Source of the DNA: Botryllus schlosseri
Taxonomy: Eukaryota
NCBI GenBank assembly: GCA_051294905.1
Contig: CM119371.1
Span: forward strand, 33,544,001 to 33,608,000
Length of the DNA stretch: 64,000 bases
Direction: 5' to 3'
Below the pieces are notes generated by a model. The model saw only the letters and a list, made by a program, of their open reading frames with translations. It did not search any database and had not been told where the DNA came from. Below, piece after piece: positions 24,162 to 36,954 of the stretch (the stretch's first letter is position 1; every line of letters begins with the position of its first letter). The position numbers were made by a program, and so were the translations under genes.

Positions 24162-25926
24162 GCTGGAACCAATAAGTCGATCACCAGGGGTTAAATTATA
24201 AGCAGAAACATTTGCTTATGACATCACAAATGGAATGTAATTTACAAGTTGCGTGCAGACATGAATATTGTGCGATATTGCACGTTTAGTCAACCTGTTC
24301 TGAAGCATGAACTTGCCTATTTATTATGATAGATATAGTCTTCGGTCCATTGTAATGCAGTTCTGTTAAACCCCAGTGCAACTCATCCAAGTGGTACACC
24401 CGTTACAAATTATGGGGACACACTATTGCGGACCAAATAAATCATTTGCTACAACTATTTAAGCCTGAATATATTTTTATCCCTATATATGAGTGACGCC
24501 TGGATGTAGCTATGTAAACCACAACGTTACGTTATAGTAGGAGGTACGCAAAACCACTGAATCTTATCAAGATATAGCCAAAAATCACAAATATTCAAAT
24601 AATACGTCATAGTCGATTGGCATTTCTATATGACTCATTGAAATATATGGCCGATATGGCCTCTTTGAAGATATCGGTTACCAAATACTTTCATAAACGG
24701 AAGGAACAAGGAGTATCTTTGACCAGAATTAGCCTATCCCACCATTTATTCTAGCTGCTATCATCATCATCTTTAGAACATCTATCCGGTTCAAGTATCG
24801 TAGACGTTGACTAATTCAAGTGTGCGTCATCCGAATGTTCCTAACACATATTTACCAAAAATACTTAATATATATATTTGGGGTTCCGATATCGTACAAA
24901 ATAAATCAGGTTACAGTGGAAATTGTTCGCTCTTGCCTACAAAGGCATTTTTGTTTACCACTATTCTATCAATTTTTTTTAAATTGGTCTAGTGATGTCA
25001 TAGGACCACCTGACGTTATATGGACTGCAAAGAGGACTCTGTTTATTCTGATTCTTTATTGTAGGAGAATTATCTTTATGTGCGGCTATTTCATTCCGTA
25101 ATTTGGACATCATTCGGGATCGTTTCGGCAAATTTAAACTGTTTTAGAATGGGTCTAGTGATGTGATATGACCGCATGCCTTCATAAAATTGCGTACTTT
25201 AGTGATTCTCTTCATTTTGAATTATTATTGGAATGGAATTCTCTTTATATCTGGTTACTTGATCTGTTAATTTGAACATAATCTCGAACAGTCTGGTTAA
25301 ATATAAAGTGTTTTTGCGTAGAGATGTGACATGACAGCATGGCGTCATATGTACTTTTGTATCCAGACATAAAATATCATTCGAATTTCTACTGGAAGAA
25401 ACAAACAAAATCAGGCAAGTTTCCAAACTAAACAAAGATTTTCGTAGATTACTTGTTTAGTCGAACACTAAAATCACTAAAATAACGGCTCTAGTAGAAA
25501 CGAGAGTAAACTATAGGGCTAGAGCACTATAGCTGGCCTAATGTACCGAAAATGTGCTGCTATTTGCTAATTTGTGCTTTTATCTAGCCTTCTTTACTCA
25601 AAATGAATTATTATGACGTCACAGTGGTAATAAATGACTATGAAAATAATAACTATGACCCAACAGCAAGGAAAACGTCAAACAACAGGCTGTTACTGGT
25701 AGTGAAATGCCAAATTTAAATCACATATTATAAAAAAATATTTTCGTGATAGAAAAAACAATCATATATTCTTGATCATCGTCAGCAAATTATGTTGGAA
25801 ATCAGCATTATATCCAGCAAATAGAAATCATGTTGACCAGTGTTACGATTCCACACTTCTCGAACCACTGCCATCATGATAAGAAAGTTCTTCAAACAAC
25901 CAATACTAACACTATTCTTCATTAAG

Positions 25927-26190
25927 AAGTAAGAGAAAAGAAGACGGATGGTCTGAATGGCAAACTATCGCTAGGCCGAGGAGGAAGAAGTTACCTGATG
26001 GTTACGAGCAAATGCCTGACTGCTATAATGGAATGCGAGCGACTCTCACGGATATGCGGAAGTGGTGGGCGCATCTTGATAATGGAGTATACGAGCTTGC
26101 AGTTCCTGGACTCGGATCAGTTTATCTTGGAATGACCTCCTCGAGAAATAAACGGCAGTCACTCATAAGCAAAGTACGAGCTCATACCAG
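25927..26190 (+). CDS. Exon encoding N-half of an ET-like GIY-YIG nuclease domain
   Basis: TTCTTCATTAAG acceptor, GTTAGT donor, open frame SKRKEDGWSEWQTI...DNGVYELAVPGLGSVYLGMTSS...SLISKVRAHT (GVYEL...VYLG = GIY-YIG signature). Confidence 0.72.
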
Positions 26191-28503
26191 GTTAGTTGTA
26201 AATCCATATCTACGGACTGACATTGCCTAGAATTGACACCACCGAGAATTATATTACCGAGAACGATATATATATCTCAGTTTTATCACCGAATATTCAC
26301 ACGCAGGGATGGTGTGAATTTTGGATAAATTAGAACTTCGCGCTTGCAAACGAAGTGCGATAGATTCTAACCTGTAAGTCGTCTAGAGTCCAGAATCTAT
26401 TCTAGAGGAATGAAAGACAGTTTTGGTAACGTCAGCATCTCAACATCAGAATTGCTTGAATTTCAACCAAGTATCTGTAACTGTGTCACGGTGGCATGTT
26501 CAGCACAAAACTCGGATGCACCCCGCATCGTCGACAATTGTACTAATTTAGGTACTTTTGCTATAAATACCACGTCCTTCTGCCCGTGGATAATTGTAAT
26601 GAATCCTTTTCATTGGGGCAGTGCCACGGACTTGGTGAGGAAACGGGCTAGGTTTAGCTAGAATTCTAGATCATGAGCCTATATTCCAGATTTAACTATT
26701 CTCCATAAAGATGCCTCAAAAAGCGACTAATGTAACATGTAATGCATCTTGCACCCTCTGCTTTGTTTGCTCGTTCTACAAATCGGTAGGATTTCATGTT
26801 ATAAATTTTCGGCACGCCTTGCCTAGTGGTTTAATGCATCGTTGGCTGAATATTTGGATACAACAAAACGAGCGAATCGAAAGACACGCTACAAGTGATT
26901 TTATACCACACACGATATAGTATAAATACATATAGTTGCGATCGCCACCGATTAATAGCGTCTTGCCTTTTTATTTAAAGTTTTCAGTGTTCTACTGTAT
27001 CTCAAAAATCAGAGATGTGCTGCTAATTATCACGAGGACATGTTCTCTATATTTCATTTGTCTGTTCTTGAGTCCACCATCATCACTTTGGGTAAACCTA
27101 GTCTATGCCAACTGAAAGAATTCGTGTAACATTTGAAAATCGCGCATTAACTTGTTTTGCTTCGCTATATCCGTGCCAACACTACAGTTCTCTCGCCTAA
27201 AATTCTAACTTTGAATATTTTCTGTGTGGCGTCATAATGGGCGATATATATTGTTGTTAAACATAGGTATTCTAATTCTCGCATTATTGCTGACGATGTC
27301 ACCTGACAAGGGTCACCCGAAAAGCTTCGGGAATAAATATCAATATATTATTCAAATGTGTTATGATGTTATGTACTCCTAAGCGTCTCTTTATTATTGG
27401 GCTGTACTGATATTTCACGTTCATCACGGTAGAGCATTAATTTTATCGTAACGAACTTATTTGCATAGTCAGAATCGATGGTCCTCTATGAATGGAGCTA
27501 TGTTAGCATTCCTGGCAAAACTGTCTCATCTTTTAACTTTACAACACCGAGGCGGAACGATTGGGGGACTTGAAGATACTCATATGTCCGATTTGAGATC
27601 GTTTTTCTGAACGTAGGCCTACCTATTGAACTATGCGATCATGATGATTCTCCTGCTCTATCTAGGCAGATGTTTTGAAAATAGGGCATGACCGACTTTT
27701 GTAATGCGCGACATGGCCATACCACAGCAATGGTGGTTCGACCCGTCGACTGCGAGCCACTTTTGGCCAACGAGAAGGTTCTAAAAACGTAATTCTGAGC
27801 CCCTTCCTCCCCAAGCTTGGTAGGGTCGGTATGATTAGTCCTAACGTCCATCAGCTCTACCAGTAAATCTGATGACGTGTAGGCTATGCAATATGTAAGT
27901 AACGATATTATTGACCAAATTAATTCAATAACTTGGAAAGATTTTGTTCGCTCGACGCGACTACTAAATAAGTGCAAGTTGAATAATCATAATACTAATA
28001 TTAGCGTTTTTTCGTATTTGTCGGTCGAAACGCAACAGTGTGATACCGATTGCTTTATTGTAAATGAGTTCGTAAATATTAGGGGTAGAGTTGGCATTTC
28101 AGAAGGACGGGGTTTCGATTTGAAACCCAACCTCGCCATCGTACTACAAAACATACGACGTACAATCACATCAATCATAATTTGACTGCTTTTCGGGTCA
28201 TTGATTACGGAATTGTGGATTATTGTTTCGGGAAATCCAGATGCGATAAATTTACGGTGGTCCGAGCTCGGCTCTACTTACTATAGGCAATGCTTTACGG
28301 TCTTCAACAGGAACGAGTGCGTGTTGTAATAACGCACCATGACGTTGATACGAAAGTAGCATACATATCTAAATATATACTATATGTAAATGCCGGAATG
28401 CATTCAGCAACCGTAAAGGATTTTTGGAATGATTTATTGACAGATGTTGTGATGGTGTAGCCCTTGGCTTACCGGCCAGTTCAAATTATTTAATGGCGTA
28501 GAA

Positions 28504-30317
28504 CAGATGTTCCCAACCTTTTGTGACTTGTGGCAAACTAGAAACATTATAAAATACACGCGGTATACGCTATCACAATTATGCGATGACTATACTTATT
28601 CATACGAACATATTATACGACTGAAACGATTTTAGATTATTGACAAACATACCAACATTTTGTCGTCAATTCCAAGCAGTCTCACTCGTTTACAGCTTTT
28701 AATTTCAGCCAAAACCACAAAGTCTGTGCACATGATCATGTAGAAGCGCAATGTTCAATGCATTACACATGGCAATAAAATTATGATTGCTTTTACACCT
28801 ATCATGATATAAGAATTGGAAGAAGACAGCCATAACTCATCCATTTTTATGGAAATAGCGTTTGAGAAACGGGGCGTTTCGTAAATGAATGAGCTGTTCT
28901 ATTGCATAAAGATTGGTGGATACACTGCTTTCAAGTAGACCAACTACAAATCTAAAGTTATGAACATCAAATCCAGAGAAGTAGATGTAAGTTGAAATCC
29001 AGGCAGTGTGCCCATGTTTTGCGGAGCAATGTTTTTTTATGAGTTGACTAGTTGGGAGCTTGAACCGAATTGAAGACTTTCTTCGGCACATAGCAGCGCA
29101 ATTATTTCGCGACAATTAGCCTACCAAACTCGAGGGCAATGCCTTGATTTGATCCATCGCAATGTTCCCATGTGCTTATTTATCAGCTATGAAGCAGCTG
29201 AAACGCTTTCAAGACGCATATGCCAGCCTGCACACTAGGGATGGTGTGAACCTTTGATAGGTTCAGGTTATTTTGAACGCGAACCTTTTTGAAAGGTTCT
29301 GTGTGAACGCGAACGCGAAAATCATGACGTCGCGTGACGTCATATTGCTAATTCCAACCTTACATTTCAGTGAAGTGCCAGCCTGCACACTAGGGATGGT
29401 GTGAAACTCTGAAAGGTTCGGGTTATTTTGAACGCTGACCTTTTCGAAAGGTTCTGTGTGAACGCGAACGTGAACATGACGTCATATTGCTAATTCCAAC
29501 CCTACATTTCAGTGAAGTGACAGCCTATATTAAAGTACAAGCACGATATCTAGCGCAGACTCGGGCCACATAAAATGCCACAATGCTGAAGTTTATATTG
29601 ACGTTTTAACGTCACCAAATGCATCAACTGGGGCAATCAAATGATATAATAATCCCATAAAATCAATATCTTCCGTCGCTTCGCTAACAATTTCGACGAG
29701 GACTTGCAAGGGAATATAAGCTCACGCATTAACGGCTTAGGCCAGACCGGACAATGCATTTGGCTTCTGAATATTGCTACGTTGATATTGAGCAGAGCGT
29801 AAAACGGGTTTTTATACTTGCTACCGATATTACCCCATTAACAAGTTATACAGCAGTATAGCTAACACCCAATCGCATGGATTTGGTTGTTATGATACAA
29901 TAAACATATCATATGTCGATTGACCCGGACGCCTGATAGATTTTTCAAATCAGACAACGATATTAACTTAACTTTTTGATATTGTCAAGCTGCATGCTCG
30001 TTTAGTGTTAATTTTTTATGCTTTCAGCGTCATGCATATAGTGGCCCGCAGTTGAAATACAAACAATTTCAACCGAAGTCGTTTTATAATGAAGTGACAA
30101 TTGTAATTTATGAAAAAAGTTCGCAGTGCAGAACCTACCAAGGTTCGTTCGTGAAGGTGAGCCTCTAAATTTTTGAGGTTCACGCACTGAACGCGAACGC
30201 GAACCTCACGTTCACACCATCCCTACTGCATACCTAAATCCCAAAAAGTCTCGCGGCATCCCTGAGAATCTCTGGTGGCCCACTAATGTGCCGCGGCGCA
30301 CAGTTTGGTAATCACTG
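28504..30317. mobile_element. Charlie-like hAT MITE hosting a nested MITE
   Basis: CAGATGTTCCCAACCT...GTTTGGTAATCACTG termini, degenerate TSD GCGTAGAA/GCTTATAA. Confidence 0.65.
29236..30225. mobile_element. hAT MITE with tandemly duplicated left end
   Basis: TIR TAGGGATGGTGTGAA/TTCACACCATCCCTA, TSD CTGCACAC/CTGCATAC. Left end repeated at 29236 and 29391 (155-bp period). Confidence 0.88.
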
Positions 30318-30545
30318 GCTTATAAGATTAATATGGGACCGGCGCAAGTATGACACGCAAAATCGGGAAGAGTCCGATTACCTATGCCCGATGGTTTGAA
30401 AGTCAACCCGCGCACGACCCGCGTTTTAAATTCGAGTTCGAGCGTCTTCGGCCAACTTGAATTGGTATTTGCAATGTCGCCGCCATATTTTCGGCCATGA
30501 GTGAACTTTACTTTATGTATATGAAGTAAAAAATCCTCTTCGCAG

Positions 30546-30702
30546 GTCAGATTCTCCAACATTCAAAAATTTAGTTTCGGTGCTTGAAAATGGAAAAGAG
30601 CTTCTTGCACGCGTTCTACATTGTGACGGAATTGACGAACCAGAAATATTGCAGTCTATGTATACACAAAGATTCTACCGCTGGATTGATATTCCGGAAT
30701 AG
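30546..30702 (+). CDS. Terminal exon, C-half of GIY-YIG domain
   Basis: CCTCTTCGCAG acceptor in phase 2 with the 26190 donor. Reads SDSPTFKNLVSVLENGKELLARVLHCDGIDEPEILQSMYTQRFYRWIDIPE*, fitting the ET-like L..G..L..R....E..LL..Y.Y.W pattern. Confidence 0.62.
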
Positions 30703-31392
30703 GGTTCTGGTAAAACTCATTTTGCATATGATTAAAATCGTTCTAAATTAAAGCAATAATTCCAATCATGATTTTTTTAAATTTTATGATTTTAACTTAT
30801 AATAAAAAAATGGGATGAATGACGACCACGCCAATGAAGGTAATACAGCATATTGCATCAACTCAATAATGCGCGGATTGGAATTACCAGCCCATAGTTG
30901 AAAAACGTCAACCTCCCTGACAATAATGGGTCGCTAGAATCGCCTATAACCCGTTCCAAGACATCTTGAGTAGGGCTGGGTCAGGGTTGTAACCAGGTCA
31001 CAAGGTTCTGAGTCAAAATTCAATCACACTTTCACGCTATTGACTCTAGCCAAGTCTAATCATTTTAAAGTAACCACAGAATCAAGCCAAAGTATAAATC
31101 AGGGTGTTGAACTGGAATTATGTTTTCGTGGTCGCATAAAGTGTACATATTTCAATTGCCCTCGTAATTTTTACAGTTGTGATTTCAATGTCCTTCAACT
31201 CGAATACTTGATTAGAAGCCTAATACTCGATTCAGAATCGAATCTCTCAGGTACTCGATTTCGATCAGCCCAAATGTTAAGTCAAATGGGAATCATCGAT
31301 AACACTAGCATGGGTTTCATGAGTATCATTGATGATATCAGGAGTGGTCGTCGGATGCGAAAAACTACGCCCGGTTTTTGTACAATGTACAT

Positions 31393-34300
31393 TAGGGTTG
31401 GTTGTCCATAATTTGGAAAATCTCACAAATGCTGCGTATCCATGTCTCATTCTATAGATTATTGATACAAAACGTCGATGCGCCTGCAATAAGCTCACAG
31501 GAAAGTCGTTAAGATTTGTCTAAATGCGTTTGAAAGTGGCTGCTGCAAAGTGGGCGTACCAGCGACCATAGAACGGCGAGAAGACTAGTAATCACGAAAT
31601 CACAGCGCTTGATTGGGTAATCAGCTATGCTTGAATGATTACGGCAGTGGCGGCTTGCTGATCAGCTGTTCAAGGAGTCTGGTAACGGCGGTGAATCTGT
31701 AAGCGCATTGTAGGTTGGTGCGCGGATTATGATTTGAGATTAATTCAGGATATGTTGAGTAACATAGTACATGGCGAACAAAAGACAGCTGCTTCACAAA
31801 AACGCTTAATACATGACATGATTGTGAAGGATACCTTTGCAGTCTGTGTACCTTGTTTTCATCGAGCGAAAGCACTAAAACACGCAAAGAAACATTGCAA
31901 TGACACTTCCGCAAGTGGCGTACGAATTTCTAGTTTCAGAAGGGATGTACCATTATTGATTACAAATATAAATCTTAACAGTGGCACCACTTTGTCTGAT
32001 CTTATTAGGCTCTTGTCATGGTATATAACAGTGGTTCCCAACCTTTTTCGGTGGCAGGGCCAAATTTAGAATTTCAGAGTACCGTCGGGGCCGCAGGAAT
32101 ACCAGGGCAATGAAAGGAACCCAAAATAGTCACCAAAATATGAAAATTGGCATTGTTCCGATCATTCGCTTGACGCCATTGGCGATTGTGTTGCCGCGCT
32201 CCCGTTGTTCAGAACAATCAACCTTTGCTGGCTATTTCGGAGTAGTTTATTGCCCTGGCGAGATTGCAATTCGTATTTTTGAAACCAGTGCGACACTTGC
32301 TTTTGATAAACACCGACATATCAAATTATTCGGACGCTTGGGGCGCGAGCTATAGGACTACCAATTATGCTGCTTTTTGCTGGCTAAGCTGTACGCATCT
32401 CGGCGTATTCAATCGTGAGTCACTTGTTGCACATCTATCTGTAAATTAGTTATCAATACCCAGGGTCGTAACAGCACTTCGTCAGCCCCCCCCCCCAAAA
32501 AAAAACGTTGCTCTTGGGCCCCCATAGGGGGATAAACCAAACTTCGAAGTCCCCCAGACTCCGTCAGGCTAGATGGCTGTTTACCGCTATTTATCATCTA
32601 AATCGGGCGTCCGTGTTAGGCAGCTTCTCTCGACAAATCGCGCGAAGCGCGAAAAATTTCTATAATTCATGATTGAATTGGTCAATATAATCGGGAATTG
32701 CATATATATTGGTATCAATTTTATCCTCTCTCTGCTCACGTAATCAGATTGACCGAGTGAGCCGAGTGAGCTGTGTTTGAAAAGGTAGGACTGCTCAATA
32801 ATAATTAAATAACTTCGGGCGTATACCCGTTGGCAGGAACAAAACACCACTTTGTCAGGCCCCCTAAAACACTTGAGCGCCCATAGGGTGATAAACCGAC
32901 TCCCCGTCCCGTTGTTCGCTTCTGCCACGAAATCAGGATCCCCGTTTAGTGAGCCAGCGTGGATCGCGAAAATTTTCGATATTTCAAAATAAAATAGCTC
33001 AATAAGATCGGGAATTGCATATATATTGCTATCAATTACTTGTCCTCTCTGCTCACGTAATCAGATTTACCGGTAGAGCTGAGTGAGGCGTCTTGGAAAC
33101 TGTAGGGCCCGTAAATAATAATTAAACATATTCGGACGGGCGGACCCGTTGGCACGACTTCGTTACATGACGTTATTTGATTATTTCGTGACATCCAGTC
33201 TGCTATCAAACAATATAGAATCGCCCAAATGTACTAAACTAAAATATGCACACGATTTCAAATTGGTAGTTCTTCACTGGCATATAATTCTTTCCTGCGC
33301 GATGGTAGCCTATTTGTCTCGTGAGGTTCAGATTGCCAATACAGGAACATTCGGCGCCGGTCATTTAGGCGCCTATGGTCAATTATACCTATCAATATTT
33401 TGTATATACATTACGAAGTTTTCGGTCAGCGCAAGGGCAGTCCTTTTCGGCCAAGGTTTTCTCGCTGCTGATCGTTTTGGCACACTTCTTGGAGTCGCAT
33501 GTTTCATGGCCTAAAACTTTATATGTCTTCGTGCATCGTGGCGCGGTAATGGCCAACGCCGATATGCCCACTTCTATAAATCTTGCGTATTTTATCTTGG
33601 TGGAAAAGTACTCAATAATTAAGGTGCTTGGAAACTTGAAATCGCGCGGAGCGCGAAAGATTTTTGAAAAAGTTGCATAAAATTTCATAAAATAATCTAT
33701 AATTTATGCTAATTGACTAAATAATTTTGGGCCCCCTTCGAGCTCGCTCCCCTCAATTTCCTGCAATCCTAATTGAAAACTCCAGACTCCAAGCCAAGAA
33801 AGAGTATTTTATAAATATAATTTTTTTTTCATAAATCGATTTCTCAATATTTTTGTGGGGGCCGCATGCGGCCCTCGGGGCCGCGGTTGGGAATCAATGG
33901 TATATAATCAAAGCCTTGAATGCTCCAAGGATGGGCTGAATCGGTAGTTTATGCGTGTCACTTGTCTGATTCTTACAGCATAATGAATGATTCTTACAGC
34001 ATAATGAATCTACCCGTAAGTGCTGCATAATGAATCTACCCGTAAGTGCTGTCAAAGTCCTCAATCATACCGCAGAAAGAGATCTAAAGGTAAGCACAGA
34101 CTATGTTGGTAGGGCCAGCATAACTACAGTTTGCTTGTAGAGCTTAGCCTGTCCCAAATGAATCATAGATCATTACTGGCTGCATCACGACTAATGCTTG
34201 AATCAAACCAGACATTATTCTAAAAATGCATTGAAACAATGCGGTAGTTACACTTCTTCAGAGTTCCAATGTAAGCTACCTGGTCAGTCCACATATCATC

Positions 34301-34918
34301 TTCTGAGCATACAGGATTGTGCCCCGCAGCATCCATCTCACATGGTGTGCTACACCAGTTTGGCGATGCCTAATACTTTACCTGCACCCAGAAAAGCAGG
34401 AGGACTTGGCGTAATCGCAAGCATCGATATTTTTCGGGATTTATACTTAGTTCTACAAGGTCACAATTATTCGTTGTTACACCTATGCCATGTCTGCAAT
34501 AGGCTATTGCTGCTCTAAACCTATCGTAACCTACTTAAAAAACTAAAACATTCGATGACCAAGTGTCACATAATATTGTTAAATCACCAACCTACAATGC
34601 GCTTACAGAATCATCGCCGTTAGAAAACTTCTGGAACGAGTAGAAGCACGTAATCAGCAAGCCGCTGCGGTCGTGATCATTCAAGCATACCTGATTAACC
34701 AATCAAGAGCCGTGATTTCGTGATTACTAGTCTACCCGCCGTTCTATGGTCGCTGGCACGCCCACTCTGCAGCAGCTACTTTCAAACGCATTTAGACAAA
34801 TCTTAACGACTTTCCTGTGAGCTTAATGCAGGCTCATTGACGTTTTTTATCAATAATCTATAGAATGAGACATGGATACGCAGCATTTGTGAGATTTTCC
34901 AAATTATGGACAACCCTA
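31393..34918. mobile_element. Long-TIR (foldback-like) DNA transposon
   Basis: ~270-bp inverted arms (31393-~31665 vs ~34650-34918), flanked by ATGTACAT on both sides. Confidence 0.88.
32029..33899. mobile_element. Charlie-like hAT MITE nested in the long-TIR element
   Basis: CAGTGGTTCCCAACC...GGTTGGGAATCAATG termini, perfect TSD GTATATAA. Internal ~150-bp direct repeat (~32680-32835/~33000-33150). Confidence 0.88.
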
Positions 34919-36244
34919 ATGTACATGCTGGTTGTCCAATAATAAACAACATTCACGTATCTCTTCAGAAAATAAAACTGTCGCAAAAACAATCAATGAA
35001 ATCAGCACTGTTAAAATACAGGATCAAGTATAAAACCTGAAATGAATCGCACTGATTTAAATCAGCATGATTCAAACCAGAACCCTATTCCGAACAGTTG
35101 AAAGTCTACACTTCATTTCTAACACGTGCATTTAATAATATCATTACAAAGAGTATCTCGTATGTAAAATTTATCGCGGCTGCTAAGCAATAATTATTAT
35201 TTGTGATTTGCGATTTGCAGCGCATGAACATTGTACGGTTGACCGCTTTTTCAGATAATTAGATACACCTGTTTATTGCAATTACAGCAGTTTAACAGTG
35301 AACCTCGTTGTATTGTATACATAGTCCTTTTTGCCGTGGATTGTGCTGACGAGATTATCAGGGTTGTACGGTTCGCCGAGAACAACTACACTAGTACCTT
35401 TACCCGGTTTATTTATTCGACTTATCATATTTTCAGCGCCCAAACCGAGGACAGTGTCTCTCTCACTGCAGTGCCTGCCGCCAGGATGGGCAAAATAAAT
35501 TGTGAAAATCTTCGATTGTCATTGGTATTTTTAATCGATATTCAGGAATGACTGACTTGAAACATTTTTGCACCTAAACTAATGAAATTTGCATATTTAT
35601 TGCTGAAAAATGCCGCTCGATGTAAGATGAGGCAACACGAGCTTAGCTTCACCAGTGTGATCGCAATTCATAATTCATCGTAGAGAGCTTAGAATTCATA
35701 ATTACTCGTGTTATTCGAATACAATTGCTGCACTTATCCCTATAATTCAAATATTTAGCATCAGAATCCCAGGGAGCAAATAAATGCGAAATTAAGCTTT
35801 GTTGCAAAGAATGACGACACATAGAAACAAAGATCACTGATCCGGTGAGTCCTAGATTAATTTGCCTCACTGAGTATTGGTTAAGAATCCGACAAGCGAA
35901 GCGCCGTGACAACATTCCCTTGTGGATGTAGCTGTTGTGTATTTTCCGTCTATTCTATACCGACCTTCAATTATAGATATGTATTAGCTTCATACGTAGC
36001 GGCAGTATGAATAGTGTTACTGGGATAAGAAACAAGTAACCAACTAATTCAGCTAACTTTTTAGGTTTATATATTTGTACATCTGACTTTAATGGCGGCA
36101 GTACCTAACCAAACATGAATACTCACCACACATCACTGGTCTGCAATAACAATCAAGAATACAAGGATAGTAGGCTATAGTAAAGCAATTTGCCGAAAAG
36201 AAAACTTTATTAAACCTGAAATTCAGGATGTATCATGGCTGTAA

Positions 36245-36665
36245 AAGTGTTGGGATCAAGTCAATACCTTCGAGTCACGAGTCATCTCGAGTCATTGCAC
36301 ATTTTGACTCGAGTCAAGTCAAGTCATTGGATTTTCAAAGGTGACTCGAGTCGAGTAAAGTCACTCGTTTTTTTGTTGGTGAATCGAGTCAAATCAAGTC
36401 AAGTCACAATTCAAGTCAAATTGAATTTTCAAAGTATGAGTGATGATTCAAAGTCTTAACACTTTCTGGCCTATATTTCCAAGTATCAGAACTGATTGAC
36501 GAAATACCAATAATGTGTTACCTTTACTATTCTTCGATGTTACAATGAAAAGTCTCGAGTACAGGTCGAGTGCAAAAATGGACTCGGGTCATGTTGAGTC
36601 GAGTCATTTTACGCATTTGAAAAAATACCTCGAGTCGAGTCATGACCAGAGTCATTACAGCCCTG
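36245..36665 (+). mobile_element. Partial/degenerate copy of the GACTCGAGTC hAT MITE family
   Basis: GTGTTGGGATCAAGTCA start similar to 4641 onward. No TSD found. Confidence 0.7.
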
Positions 36666-36954
36666 ATCATCGAGATTCCCTCAATAATTACAAAGGTAGT
36701 AACTTGAAACGTAATTACGAAACCAAACACCATATCTTTCCCACGACTTACCCAACGGAGACAGATTTATGAAGCAATAAGATTACCGTGCTGATATCTT
36801 CCTTAAATGCTCATCAGCACTTAAAGGAACTGCTCCACACTGCTTTTACGTCATAGCCTGATTCCCAACAGCTTGTAGCCGAGGTGGAGACGCACCGTAA
36901 GAACCCCTGCACTACGATATCTCGCCTCTTGTACGAAATGTTAACCGGAAACTG

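Larger units (their letters stand above)
30700..35087. mobile_element. hAT MITE (outer shell of a nested stack)
   Basis: TIR TAGGGTTCTGG/CCAGAACCCTA, near-TSD TTCCGGAA/TTCCGAAC, ATGATT/AAATC subterminal repeats at both ends. Confidence 0.72.

Noticed and set aside
27470..27610. Alternative phase-compatible exon after the GIY-YIG exon
   Set aside because: No GIY-YIG C-terminal motifs; 30546-30702 fits much better.
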